From Verrucomicrobiota bacterium (GTDB taxonomy: Bacteria > Verrucomicrobiota > Verrucomicrobiia > Verrucomicrobiales > Akkermansiaceae): DNA of 59,481 nt. Position 1 is the stretch's first letter. Every line of letters begins with the position of its first letter. Under the pieces are notes generated by a model. That model searched no databases, was not told where the DNA came from, and was given only the letters and a program-made list of their open reading frames with translations. Location: positions 1 to 59,481 of the forward strand of contig JBAXCM010000001.1 of the NCBI GenBank assembly GCA_037141475.1, read 5' to 3'. A program made the position numbers and the translations under genes. Below are positions 47,484-57,055 of the stretch, piece after piece.

Positions 47484-48053
47484 CTAGGCCGAGGCGCGGC
47501 CGAGGTAGGAATTGTCCTCGGTTTTGACGTTGATTCTCTCACCGACGTTGATAAAGAGCGGCACTTGAACCACGAGGCCAGTCTGCATGGTGGCGGGCTT
47601 GTACACATTGTTGGCGGAGTCGCCCTTGACGCCCTCCGATGATTCCACGACGGTCATCACCATGGAAGGCGGGAGGTCGATGGAGGCTACGTTAGAATCG
47701 GCCAGCAGGATGGTATAGATCTGGCCGTCGATGAGGTAATTTTTCACTGGATCGACCAAATCCTCATAGACGACGGTATCTTCATAAGTTTCCGGGTTAA
47801 GGAAGTGGTAGCCGCTGCTGTCCTTGTAGGAGTACTCATGGGGGATGCGTTCAAGCAGGACGCTATCGAGTGAATCGTTGGAGGTCATCCGCAGGTTGAA
47901 GACCTTTTTGGTCGCCACGCTTCGGATTGACATCTGGACGTAGGATGCCATGCGGGGTGGGGTTTTGAGTTCGTGATCGATGACGATGCAAACTTCGTTA
48001 TTGTGGCGGACGGCGTGTCCTTTGCGGAGGGTGATGACGGGGGTGCTGGCCAT
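47484..48053 (-). CDS. efp: Translation elongation factor P (atypical loop TPPRMA)
   Basis: Start at ATG 48053; 189 aa. Motifs YHFLNPETYE, GVKGDSANNVYKPATMQTGLVVQVPLFI and SYLGRA. Confidence 0.93.
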   Translation of the reverse strand: MASTPVITLRKGHAVRHNNEVCIVIDHELKTPPRMASYVQMSIRSVATKKVFNLRMTSNDSLDSVLLERIPHEYSYKDSSGYHFLNPETYEDTVVYEDLVDPVKNYLIDGQIYTILLADSNVASIDLPPSMVMTVVESSEGVKGDSANNVYKPATMQTGLVVQVPLFINVGERINVKTEDNSYLGRASA

Positions 48054-48248
48054 AGTGCTGGAAAGGGGGATAGGCGGTGGGACAGCGCCTGGCAAGCATG
48101 GAATGAAGGGACTTTGGAAAAATCACCAACGCCACTGGCCCGGGTTCAGGCACCTTGGCCGCTGCGATGGGTCCTTGCTTCAAGGAGGGTAGGCGTCCTC
48201 GCCCATCAGGTCTGGGCACATCCCTTGGGATGCGTTGATTCCCTGCCG

Positions 48249-49331
48249 TCAGCGGCTTTGCAAGACGGCGCTTTCCAAGGCCTTGACCCGTTCGACGAGC
48301 TTGGGCAAGCGGCGCACGAGCACTTCCAACTTCAGTTGCTCACGCATCGGCATGGCTGGTTTGCCCCCGTATGTCTGGCCACCCTCAATGCTCACAGAAA
48401 CGCCGGTACGAGCAGTTAGGATGGTATTGTCGCCAATGGTTACATGGCCTACAATACCGACTTGGCCGGCCACCGTGACGTAATTGCCGAGTTGGGTGCT
48501 GCCCGAAATACCGGTGAGAGAGACGATGAGGCAGTGCTTGCCGATGACCACATTGTGGGCGATCTGGACAAGGTTGTCGATTTTGGTGCCTTCCCCGATC
48601 ATGGTTTTTCCGAAACGAGCGCGGTCGATGGTGGTGTTAGCACCGACCTCCACGTCATCGCCAATTTCGACGATGCCGACCTGATCAACCTTCGTGTGAC
48701 GACCTTCGTGAAACTCATAGCCAAAGCCATCAGCACCGATCACGCAGCCGGGTTGGAGAATGACGCGATTGCCCAGAACGCAGCGTTCGCGGACGGTGAC
48801 GTTGGCCATAATCCGGCAATTGCGCCCCAGCACGACTTGCTCGCCGATGACACAGTTGGGGCCGATTTCGCAACCGTCGCCGAGGCGGGCTCCCGCCATG
48901 ATCACGGCACCCGCGTGAATTCTCACGGTGCTCGGATCCAGCACTGCACTCGGATCCACTGCCGCACGAGGGTGAACACCAGGAACAAACGCCGCCACCT
49001 TGGCAGAAAAATACCGAATCACGTCGGAAAACGCCAAGGACGGGTTGTCAACGGCCACCAATCCGGTGGAAGGCGGGCCGCCGGTCTCTCCGCGCGGCAC
49101 GATGACCGCTGCCGCTTGAGTTACCAGAAACTGGCCGTGATACTTGTCGTTGCCTAGAAAACTGATATCCTGAGGGCCTGCCGCATCCAGCGATGCCATT
49201 CCGGTGAGTGGCCCATCAAGCCCGCTGCGGACGATGTCACCATCGACCAAGCGGGCGAGTTCGGAAAGTGTGAGTGCAAAGGCCACCGCAGGCAAGGTGG
49301 GATGAGAGGCTGTAGGCAAGAGAAGGCTCAA
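48249..49331 (-). CDS. lpxD: UDP-3-O-(3-hydroxyacyl)glucosamine N-acyltransferase
   Basis: LpxD N-terminal domain (DISFL), hexapeptide repeats, [14 protein letters not shown] and [13 protein letters not shown]. Confidence 0.96.
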   Translation of the reverse strand: MSLLLPTASHPTLPAVAFALTLSELARLVDGDIVRSGLDGPLTGMASLDAAGPQDISFLGNDKYHGQFLVTQAAAVIVPRGETGGPPSTGLVAVDNPSLAFSDVIRYFSAKVAAFVPGVHPRAAVDPSAVLDPSTVRIHAGAVIMAGARLGDGCEIGPNCVIGEQVVLGRNCRIMANVTVRERCVLGNRVILQPGCVIGADGFGYEFHEGRHTKVDQVGIVEIGDDVEVGANTTIDRARFGKTMIGEGTKIDNLVQIAHNVVIGKHCLIVSLTGISGSTQLGNYVTVAGQVGIVGHVTIGDNTILTARTGVSVSIEGGQTYGGKPAMPMREQLKLEVLVRRLPKLVERVKALESAVLQSR

Positions 49332-49978
49332 GGCGTGCCGCCAGAGGGTGCAGGTGAGGGCAACTCAGGAGCCGGATCACTATCGGTACGCAACGAATCA
49401 GCCGGTGCATCCTTGTTCAAATCCTTGAGCAGCGAGGTGGTGATGTCCGTCGCATCCTTGGTATAAAGCAGGAAGGGCACCTGTGAGAGACTCACACCCG
49501 ACTTGTCAAAAACGTAATCAAAATCCTCTGCTTTGGCATGTTCTTCCACCAATTTGCGAATTTCTTCGAGGATGCCCTTCATGCGTTGCTGCATCTTTTC
49601 GTTTAGCATCTGGTTGCGGCGTTGGAGGAATTCGCGGCGCTCGCGGTCCAAGGCAATCCCCTCTTGTTGTTGCACCTGCCAATCCTTGAACAGCGCCTGC
49701 TTCTTCGAGTCGTTGATGGCAGGGTCATCCAGTTGCTTGCGCAGGTTGCCCAGTGAGGTTTCAATGTCCCGGATCTTGGCCATCCGTTCGTTGTTGTCCT
49801 TCTGAATGCGGGCACGCTCCACGTTGATCTGCTTTTGCGCCTCGTTGGTCCGGTAGTATTGCTTGAATAGCTCCTGCATATCAACAGTGGCGATCTTGAG
49901 CTTGCTGTCCGGGGCGGCGGTGGCGAAACCACAGGCGAAAGCAGCAGCCATTGCGGCGGTAAGGAAACGACGAATCAT
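49328..49978 (-). CDS. skp: OmpH/Skp periplasmic chaperone
   Basis: Start at ATG 49978; signal peptide, [11 protein letters not shown], long coiled coil, FDYVFDK...DIT. Lies directly upstream of lpxD. Confidence 0.9.
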   Translation of the reverse strand: MIRRFLTAAMAAAFACGFATAAPDSKLKIATVDMQELFKQYYRTNEAQKQINVERARIQKDNNERMAKIRDIETSLGNLRKQLDDPAINDSKKQALFKDWQVQQQEGIALDRERREFLQRRNQMLNEKMQQRMKGILEEIRKLVEEHAKAEDFDYVFDKSGVSLSQVPFLLYTKDATDITTSLLKDLNKDAPADSLRTDSDPAPELPSPAPSGGTP

Positions 49979-50193
49979 GGTTATGAAGTGGGATAGGGGT
50001 TGGTTCCGAATGAAGGGTTCCAGGCGCAGAGTGCAGCAAATTGGGCAACCCGTCAATGCCCAAGCGATGATTTGCAGTCGAGACGGGCAAGCTTCTTGCA
50101 TTTTCCCTTGCAGAGGGGCCGCAGATCACTACCATCTCGCCAGCCCGCATGACTGGCATGCAGGAAAAACAACTCCAATCAACACCCTATCCC

Positions 50194-50319
50194 ATGATGA
50201 AATTTGTTAAAGTCGCCGTTCTTGCCGCCATGGCCGCCGGCTCCGTCATCACCGTTTCCTGCTGCGCGAAGGACGCTCCTACACCGCCAAAGCACGTGTA
50301 CGTGAAACCCTCCAAATAA
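50194..50319 (+). CDS. Micro-lipoprotein (41 aa; not in ORF track)
   Basis: MMKFVKVAVLAAMAAGSVITVSCCAKDAPTPPKHVYVKPSK: basic N-region, hydrophobic core, lipobox-like TVSC and GC-ending codons. Confidence 0.7.
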   Translation: MMKFVKVAVLAAMAAGSVITVSCCAKDAPTPPKHVYVKPSK

Positions 50320-50422
50320 TCGTTTTTTACTTCTGCTTCCGCGGCGAAGGCATGTTGACACAGCCGCCACTGAGCAGTATCATCCCTCCCCCATCTGTAG
50401 TTTACCAACCATAGTTTGACCC

Positions 50423-50623
50423 ATGATCCGACCCCTCCTTGCCCTTTGCGCATCCGCCGTTGCCCTCATTTCCGTTTCCTGCTGCTGCACCGGCGAATCG
50501 GCTGCACCACGCCTGCGTGCGCTCCCAAAATTCAAAGAAATTGAAGCAGCCCCTCCGGTCACCGGCGATGTCCCGGCCATGCCGAGCCACCCAGGCACGC
50601 CAAAAGTGCACCCCGAAAAGTAA
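50423..50623 (+). CDS. Small lipoprotein (66 aa)
   Basis: MIRPLLALCASAVALISVSCCC... with a lipobox-like SVSC and a Pro-rich tail ending KVHPEK. Followed by a terminator. Confidence 0.7.
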   Translation: MIRPLLALCASAVALISVSCCCTGESAAPRLRALPKFKEIEAAPPVTGDVPAMPSHPGTPKVHPEK

Positions 50624-50655
50624 TTTCCATCATCCAGCTTTAAAAAACCACCAGC

Positions 50656-50684
50656 AGCCTCCCGACCCGCGGGAGGCTCGTTTT
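50656..50684 (+). terminator. Rho-independent terminator
   Basis: Stem AGCCTCCCG/CGGGAGGCT with a 5-nt loop, followed by CGTTTT. Confidence 0.7.
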
Positions 50685-50765
50685 GTATGAGCGCTGCGGT
50701 CGAGGCAGTAGCTGGTTCTCGCTTCCGCCTTGGTCGTATGTCATTCAGAAAACCCATCATCTGCC

Positions 50766-50990
50766 GTGAGACGCTTATCCCCATCCTCCCACGCCCCCCG
50801 CTACAAGGGCGGGATCCGACATTACCATAACCCGAAAGCCCGCCGCTCGTCGTGGGATCAATGGATCGACGGCGGCGTCGAGAACACCGGACCTTCCTGG
50901 AAATGGTGGAAGATCCTTGGTGTGGTTATCGGATTCGTCGCCCTTGGGTGGCTCGTCACAAAATTCCTTTTTTCCCTCGGCTACGGCTAA
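50766..50990 (+). CDS. Small membrane protein (hypothetical)
   Basis: GTG start (uncertain), basic N-terminus and one C-terminal TM helix (WWKILGVVIGFVALGWLV). Confidence 0.45.
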   Translation: MRRLSPSSHAPRYKGGIRHYHNPKARRSSWDQWIDGGVENTGPSWKWWKILGVVIGFVALGWLVTKFLFSLGYG

Positions 50991-51104
50991 TTCCGCCACC
51001 CGGCGGGTAACTTTTCGCCACTCCTGTGGATGTGGCTTTGACAATTCAGCAGAGCCGCTTCATGGTCGCGTCGCTCGCCCGCAAACCTCGGCGAGCCAAG
51101 CACC

Positions 51105-52511
51105 ATGGGCAAAAGCCTCTTCCAAAAAGTCTGGGAATCCCACCGCGTCGGCACTCTCGCCGATGGCCGCACGCAACTTTTCATCGGCACCCACCTCATC
51201 CACGAGGTCACTTCGCCGCAGGCCTTTGGCATGCTCCGCGACTTGGGCCTGCAAGTGAAATTCCCCCAGCGCACCTTCGCCACCGTGGACCACATCGTTC
51301 CAACGGTCGATCAAGACGCGCCTCAAGATCCGCTCGCTGTGGCCATGATGACGGCGCTGCGTGAAAATGTGGATGATTTCGGCATCACCTATTTTGATCT
51401 GGCAAGTGGCAAGCAAGGCATCGTGCATGTCGTTGGTCCGGAGCAGGGGATCACCCAGCCCGGCACCACGATTGCCTGTGGCGATTCCCACACGGCCACC
51501 CACGGTGCCTTTGGGGCGATTGCCTTTGGCATTGGCACCACCCAAGTGCGCGACGTCCTAGCCTCGCAAACTTTGGCGCTAGAAGCCCTGAAAGTGCGTC
51601 GCATCGAGGTCAATGGCCGCCTTGCCCCGGGCGTTTACGCCAAGGACGTGATCCTCCACATCATCCGCCTGCTCGGTGCCCGTGGTGGCATCGGCTATGC
51701 CTACGAGTACGCTGGCGACGTGTTTGAGCGCATGTCTATGGAAGAACGCATGACCGTGTGCAACATGTCCATCGAAGGCGGAGCGCGCTGCGGCTATATC
51801 AATCCTGATGCGAAAACCGTCGAGTACCTCCGCGGCCGACCCTACGTCGAGATGAGCGACTTCGCGGCGACCGCTGCCCGCTGGCTGGCATTTGCCTCCG
51901 ATGCGGACGCCGTTTACGACGATTTGGTGAGTATCGAAGCGGCAAGCATCGAGCCGACTGTGACATGGGGAATTTCTCCGGACCAGGGGATAGCCATTTC
52001 CGAGAGTGTCCCGGATCCGGCGGCGGCAGCCACCCAAATCGCCAAGGACAGCATCGTGGAAGCCCTCGCTTACATGAAGATTTCCGCAGGTGCCCCAATC
52101 AAGGGCGTGCCCATTGACGTCGCCTTCATCGGTTCGTGCACTAACGGTCGCCTCTCCGACTTTCGCGAGGTCGCCAAATACCTGCCCGGCCACAAGGTCG
52201 CTCCAGGAGTCACCGCGCTGGCCGTGCCCGGATCCCAAATTGTCGCCATCCAATGCGAAAACGAAGGTTTGCCACAAATTTTCCGCGATGCGGGATTTGA
52301 GTGGCGAGATGCCGGTTGCTCGATGTGCCTGGCGATGAATCCCGATAAACTCGTCGGCGACCAACTTTGCGCCTCCTCCTCAAACCGCAACTTTAAAGGC
52401 CGCCAAGGATCGTCCACGGGACGCACCGTGCTCATGTCGCCATTGATGGTCGCCGCCGCCGCCATCCGTGGGTCCATCGCCGATGCAAGGGAGGTCTTTG
52501 CCATGAAATAA
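51105..52511 (+). CDS. leuC: 3-isopropylmalate dehydratase large subunit
   Basis: [29 protein letters not shown] and GCSMCLAMN...[10 protein letters not shown]. Confidence 0.97.
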   Translation: MGKSLFQKVWESHRVGTLADGRTQLFIGTHLIHEVTSPQAFGMLRDLGLQVKFPQRTFATVDHIVPTVDQDAPQDPLAVAMMTALRENVDDFGITYFDLASGKQGIVHVVGPEQGITQPGTTIACGDSHTATHGAFGAIAFGIGTTQVRDVLASQTLALEALKVRRIEVNGRLAPGVYAKDVILHIIRLLGARGGIGYAYEYAGDVFERMSMEERMTVCNMSIEGGARCGYINPDAKTVEYLRGRPYVEMSDFAATAARWLAFASDADAVYDDLVSIEAASIEPTVTWGISPDQGIAISESVPDPAAAATQIAKDSIVEALAYMKISAGAPIKGVPIDVAFIGSCTNGRLSDFREVAKYLPGHKVAPGVTALAVPGSQIVAIQCENEGLPQIFRDAGFEWRDAGCSMCLAMNPDKLVGDQLCASSSNRNFKGRQGSSTGRTVLMSPLMVAAAAIRGSIADAREVFAMK

Positions 52512-52540
52512 ACATGGTTGCCGCCTAACATCCCACCGCC

Positions 52541-53155
52541 ATGAGCCCCAGCGCCGCACGTAAATTGCCGATCACCGCCGCCGAGTATCTCGAAGGTGAA
52601 CTGCGTTCTGAAATGCGTCACGAATTTGTCGATGGGCGCATCTACGCGATGTCTGGTGCCAGTCTGCGCCACAATGCCATCTGCCTCGAAACCGCAGCCC
52701 GCATCAAGCAACACCTGCACGGCGGCCCTTGCCGCACGTTCATCGAAAGTGTAAAAGTGCAAATCAGCGATGATCTCGGCGAGGCGTTCTACTATCCCGA
52801 TGTGTTCGTTACCTGCGAGCCCGCCGATGACGATAGCCATGTGGTGCGCCACCCCAAACTTGTTATCGAGGTGCTCTCACCATCCACCTCACGCAACGAC
52901 CGCGGCGACAAACTCGCCACCTACAAGCGCCTCGCCAGCATCGAGGAAATCGTGCTCATCGAACAAGACTGGCCGGAACTCGTCATCTATCGCCGCTCTG
53001 ATCGCTGGAAACGCCATATCTTCACCCAGCCCGAATCCATCGTGCACCTCGAGTCGATCACTTTCGAGGCCCCGCTGGCCGCCTTTTATCAATCCGCCCC
53101 GTTCCCCCCCGACGTCCAACGCCCGTGGTATCTCATCAACCGCGAAGACGGCTGA
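52541..53155 (+). CDS. Uma2 (DUF820) family PD-(D/E)xK putative endonuclease
   Basis: RHEFVDGRIYAMSGAS, YYPDVFVTC and PKLVIEVLSPST...DRGDKL..Y. Confidence 0.92.
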   Translation: MSPSAARKLPITAAEYLEGELRSEMRHEFVDGRIYAMSGASLRHNAICLETAARIKQHLHGGPCRTFIESVKVQISDDLGEAFYYPDVFVTCEPADDDSHVVRHPKLVIEVLSPSTSRNDRGDKLATYKRLASIEEIVLIEQDWPELVIYRRSDRWKRHIFTQPESIVHLESITFEAPLAAFYQSAPFPPDVQRPWYLINREDG

Positions 53156-53203
53156 AAGATCTTTCACATCTCCAATCTTAAATTCTAAATCTATACACTC
53201 CTC

Positions 53204-53803
53204 ATGGCCCTAGCTCCCGTCAACCAAGTTTCCGGTCGTGCCGTTTATATTCCCGGTGCGGACATCGATACCGACCGCATCATTCCGGCCCGCTTCATGA
53301 AATGCATCACCTTCGATGGACTTGGTGAGTTCGCCTTTTATGACGTGCGCTTTGACGAGCACGGGCATCGGACGGCCCATCCGCTCAACGACCCGCGTTT
53401 CGCCGGTGCCTCGATCCTGCTTGCCGGACTGAATTTCGGTTGCGGTTCGTCCCGTGAACATGCGCCCCAATCATTGCGGAAATACGGTTTCAACGGCGTG
53501 ATTGCCGAATCCTTTGCCGAGATTTTCTTCGGTAACTCGACCACCCTCGCGATGCCCTGCGTGATTGCCAGTGCGGCGGATCTAGCCGCCTTGCGCGAGC
53601 AAATTGAAGCCGATCCGCTCACTCTGGTGACCATCGACGTGGTGGAGTTGCGTGCTCGCAGTTCTGGCGGGTTGGACTTTCCGGTGACCATGCCGGAATC
53701 CGCTAGGGAAGCTCTCGTCTCCGGCCGCTGGGATCCCATTCAGGAATTGTTGGATAACATTCCCGCCATCGAGGCCAAGGCCAGCGAACTGCACTATGTC
53801 TAG
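53204..53803 (+). CDS. leuD: 3-isopropylmalate dehydratase small subunit
   Basis: DIDTDRIIPARF, NFGCGSSREHAP and SFAEIFFGN. Confidence 0.97.
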   Translation: MALAPVNQVSGRAVYIPGADIDTDRIIPARFMKCITFDGLGEFAFYDVRFDEHGHRTAHPLNDPRFAGASILLAGLNFGCGSSREHAPQSLRKYGFNGVIAESFAEIFFGNSTTLAMPCVIASAADLAALREQIEADPLTLVTIDVVELRARSSGGLDFPVTMPESAREALVSGRWDPIQELLDNIPAIEAKASELHYV

Positions 53804-55205
53804 TCCATCATCACCGAATCTCTCTTCCCTAACCACCATCAATGACGATGGATCGCGTTATTTCCTCCATCCGGGGGATGTGAGTGGTTTTTGGACCCGG
53901 GTCAGACGTCTGTTTGGTTGGCTCCTCATCGGAGTCTTTTTGGGCTTGCCGTGGATTCCTATCAATGGCTACCCGGCGGTGTTTCTCGACGTCGAAAACC
54001 GCCTGTTCCATCTGTTCGGGCTCACCTTGGTCCCTCAGGATATGTGGGTGATGTTTTTCGCGGTTACAGGGATGGGTTTTGCGCTGTTTTTCATCACCTC
54101 ACTGCTGGGCCGCGTCTGGTGCGGCTGGGCCTGCCCGTACACGGTGTTTTTGGATCACGTCTATCGCCGCATTGAGCGCTGGATTGAGGGCGACGCGCCG
54201 GCCCGCCGCAAACTTGACGCCGCACCTTGGACGCCCGCCAAAATCCTCAAGCGTGGCACCAAACACCTGCTCTTTGCCGGCATCGCCGCCCTCATCGCCC
54301 ATGTGTTCCTTTCGTACTTCGTGTCCCTGCCCCGTCTCTACGGATTCATGCACGAAAGCCCTCTGCAACATGCCACCGCCTTCGGCATCGCGCTATTTCT
54401 CACCCTCGTCCTCTGGTTCTGTTTCGGCTACTTCCGTGAGCAATTCTGCATCATCATGTGCCCCTACGGTCGCCTCCAAAGTGCCTTGACCGATAGCGAC
54501 ACAGTCATCGTTGGCTATGATGCCAAGCGCGGCGAACCTCGCGGTGCGGCAGGCCGTGCCACGGGCGCTTGCGTCGATTGCCACCGTTGCATCCAAGTGT
54601 GCCCCACCGGCATCGACATCCGCAATGGCTTGCAACTCGAATGTATCGGCTGCACCGCATGTATCGACGCCTGCGATGATATCATGACCAAACTGGGACG
54701 CCCCACCGGCCTGATCCGCTATGATTCGCAAAATGGCTTCGACTCACAGCCGAAGCGCGTTCTGCGTCCGCGCATCTATGCCTACTCGGTGCTGGCCCTG
54801 CTCGGCTTATTGGCGCTGGGCGTGGTGGCTTGGATCAAGATGACGCCTTACTCGGCCACCTTGTCGCGGGTTGGCGGGGTGGGTTTTTCGAGTGATGCCA
54901 ACTCGGTGAGCAATATTTATTTGCTGCGTGTGCAAAACAAGCGCAATCAACCTGCCACCATCTCCGTCAGCCTCGCCACCGACGCGCCCGCAGGCTATCA
55001 GCTCAGTGGTGGCGAGCAAAGGTTCACCATCGAGCCGCTCGGCGAACTCACCCGTACCTGTGTGATCTTCGCCCCGCTCGCCAACTATATGGGAACGGGC
55101 GACGTCTCCGTGCAAATCCATGCCGAACCCGGTAACGTCACCCTGAAAAAATCCACCCGTTTTCTAGGCCCCAATCCTAACTCAGCAACGCCAGCGCCCC
55201 ACTGA
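53796..55205 (+). CDS. ccoG: Cytochrome cbb3 oxidase accessory protein CcoG (FixG/RdxA)
   Basis: GRVWCGWACP, REQFCIIMCPYGRLQ, CVDCHRCIQVCPTGIDIRNGLQLECIGCTACIDACD and a C-terminal Ig-like domain. Confidence 0.94.
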   Translation: MSSPSSPNLSSLTTINDDGSRYFLHPGDVSGFWTRVRRLFGWLLIGVFLGLPWIPINGYPAVFLDVENRLFHLFGLTLVPQDMWVMFFAVTGMGFALFFITSLLGRVWCGWACPYTVFLDHVYRRIERWIEGDAPARRKLDAAPWTPAKILKRGTKHLLFAGIAALIAHVFLSYFVSLPRLYGFMHESPLQHATAFGIALFLTLVLWFCFGYFREQFCIIMCPYGRLQSALTDSDTVIVGYDAKRGEPRGAAGRATGACVDCHRCIQVCPTGIDIRNGLQLECIGCTACIDACDDIMTKLGRPTGLIRYDSQNGFDSQPKRVLRPRIYAYSVLALLGLLALGVVAWIKMTPYSATLSRVGGVGFSSDANSVSNIYLLRVQNKRNQPATISVSLATDAPAGYQLSGGEQRFTIEPLGELTRTCVIFAPLANYMGTGDVSVQIHAEPGNVTLKKSTRFLGPNPNSATPAPH

Positions 55206-55215
55206 AGTCTTTGCC

Positions 55216-55371
55216 ATGAGAAATTTCTTCCGCTTCATGTCGCGCCACCCGTGGATCTACGTGGTGCTTGCCTTTGTGCTGCTCATCGCCTCTTGGGCGG
55301 CCCTCATTCTCGTCGCCGCCCGCAACCCGATTCAGGAATTTGAAGTCGCACCGCCCACTCACCATCGATGA
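55216..55371 (+). CDS. Single-TM mini-protein in the ccoH/fixH position (51 aa; not in ORF track)
   Basis: MRNFFRFMSRHPWIYVVLAFVLLIASWAALILVAARNPIQEFEVAPPTHHR. Starts 10 bp after ccoG and has an ATGA overlap with the next gene. Confidence 0.7.
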   Translation: MRNFFRFMSRHPWIYVVLAFVLLIASWAALILVAARNPIQEFEVAPPTHHR

Positions 55372-56105
55372 ACGAAATTCAAACCACCACCGCCGCGCTG
55401 GTCGCAGGGCTGGCCACCAGCTTCCATTGCGTAGGCATGTGTGGACCGATTGCCTGTGGCCTGGGTACCTTGGCTAAATCGGAGGGCCAACGGCTGGCAG
55501 CCGCCTCATTGTATCATGGCATGCGGCTCACGTCCTACGCCACGATTGGTGCCATCTGTGGAGCCATCGGCCAGCAGCCGCTCAAATGGTATTTTGGATC
55601 TCCTGCAGTGATTTTGCCGTGGATCATGATCTTGGTGCTGCTGATGATGGCCTTGGGCCTTGATAAGCGAGTTCCACGTCCCGCGTTCTTGAACCGCCTC
55701 ACCGCCCGCGCCCGGTTCAAAGCCGGCAGGTATTCGGCTTACGGGGCTGCCATCGCGATGGGCATACTCACGCCAATCCTCCCTTGCGGACCCCTTTATA
55801 TGATTTTCGGGGTCTCCCTGCTCACCGGCTCTGCCGCCAAGGGTGCCGAGTTCACGTTAGCCTTTGGCCTTGGTACCGTGCCCTTGCTGTGGTTCGCTCA
55901 GCAGCAATTCCACCGCCTCCGGGCGCGACTCACGCCGCTGGCGATGAACCGACTTCGTCGGGGGCTGGCCTTCGCCACTGCGCTTCTGCTTGCGTGGCGG
56001 CTGCAAAGCACGGTTCCTGCCGCTTGGTACGGCAACCCATCCGCCCCCAAACCCGCCACCAATGAGTTGCCCAGCTGCCCGCATTGCAAGCCAAACCCTC
56101 GCTAA
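55368..56105 (+). CDS. DsbD_2 / TauE-SafE-like membrane protein (cbb3 maturation-cluster type)
   Basis: SFHCVGMCGPI, LPCGPLY and FGLGTVP; multiple TM helices; C-terminal CPHC. Confidence 0.85.
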   Translation: MNEIQTTTAALVAGLATSFHCVGMCGPIACGLGTLAKSEGQRLAAASLYHGMRLTSYATIGAICGAIGQQPLKWYFGSPAVILPWIMILVLLMMALGLDKRVPRPAFLNRLTARARFKAGRYSAYGAAIAMGILTPILPCGPLYMIFGVSLLTGSAAKGAEFTLAFGLGTVPLLWFAQQQFHRLRARLTPLAMNRLRRGLAFATALLLAWRLQSTVPAAWYGNPSAPKPATNELPSCPHCKPNPR

Positions 56106-56150
56106 GCGGCTCAACTGAACCCGTTGCAAGCCCATTTCATCGCGCCTCCA

Positions 56151-56921
56151 ATGCATGTCGTTCTATCCACGGAGCCGCCGCCCGGCATCGCCTTGTTTGA
56201 CCTTGATGGCACGCTTCTCGCTTGGGACACCCAGTTGCTGTTCCGCCATCATGTGATCCGCCGTCAACCTTGGCGGGGGCTCCTCCTGCCGCTGTTTCTC
56301 GCCTCGCTACCAGCCTTCCCCATCCTTAAGCTAGCCGGCCTCAAAAGGGCCTTTCTGAGCTACCTCTGGCGAATGCCCGCCGCCACCCTTGCCACCCACG
56401 CCCGATCCTTCGCCGCCGCCATCGTGCCCACCATCTATCCGGATCTCCGGGAGGCGCTGGAAAACCACCGCAGGCAAGGCCACCTCCTCATCCTCAGTTC
56501 CGCCAGCCCCGAATTCTATGTCGCGGAAATCGGCCGCGCCCTTGGCTTCCACCTTGCCTTGGGCACCGAAATGGCAATTCCCTCATCCTTCCCGCTTTTT
56601 CCCAAACTGCTCAATCACAAGGGCGCGGCCAAGGTCGAGCGCCTGCGCCACCGCCTCCCTCAATCCTACTTTGCCGATGGTAAGTTGCTGCGCTCCCACG
56701 GCTACACTGACAGCCGGGCGGACTTGCCTATGCTCGCCCTTTGCCAATGCGCCAGTGTCGTCAATCCCGACGCGGCCCTCAGTGCTTTGGCACAGGCCAG
56801 CGCTTGGCGGATCTTTCGCCCCGCCCGGCCGTGGCGCAACCGTGCCAGCTTCTGGTGGCAGGCCCTCGCTCTCCTTACGGGCATCGCCAGCTATCCCGCC
56901 GCGCCTGCAGCTGATAAATAG
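56151..56921 (+). CDS. HAD-superfamily subfamily IB hydrolase
   Basis: FDLDGTL, SSASP, KGAAK and GYTDSRADLPML...VVNPD. Confidence 0.88.
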   Translation: MHVVLSTEPPPGIALFDLDGTLLAWDTQLLFRHHVIRRQPWRGLLLPLFLASLPAFPILKLAGLKRAFLSYLWRMPAATLATHARSFAAAIVPTIYPDLREALENHRRQGHLLILSSASPEFYVAEIGRALGFHLALGTEMAIPSSFPLFPKLLNHKGAAKVERLRHRLPQSYFADGKLLRSHGYTDSRADLPMLALCQCASVVNPDAALSALAQASAWRIFRPARPWRNRASFWWQALALLTGIASYPAAPAADK

Positions 56922-56985
56922 TTGAACCAATAATGGAAATTTCATGGAAAATCCGGCCCTGCGAGCCGCCACTGCCGGACGTTTT

Positions 56986-57000
56986 GCGACAAAATGTCGC
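56986..57000. promoter_or_regulatory. GCGAC-N5-GTCGC palindrome (RegA/PrrA-box-like) upstream of fabI
   Basis: GCGACAAAATGTCGC lies in the intergenic region 56 bp upstream of fabI. Confidence 0.35.
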
Positions 57001-57055
57001 TGCCAGAAAATATTAAGGGTTGCGTAGTCTGCCTTGGGCGCGAATGTTGCCGCCG

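Noticed and set aside
56986-57000. fabI palindrome as a member of the TGTGACA-N4-TGTCACA family
   Set aside because: The spacer is 1 bp shorter and the half-site is GCGAC; treated as a separate motif.
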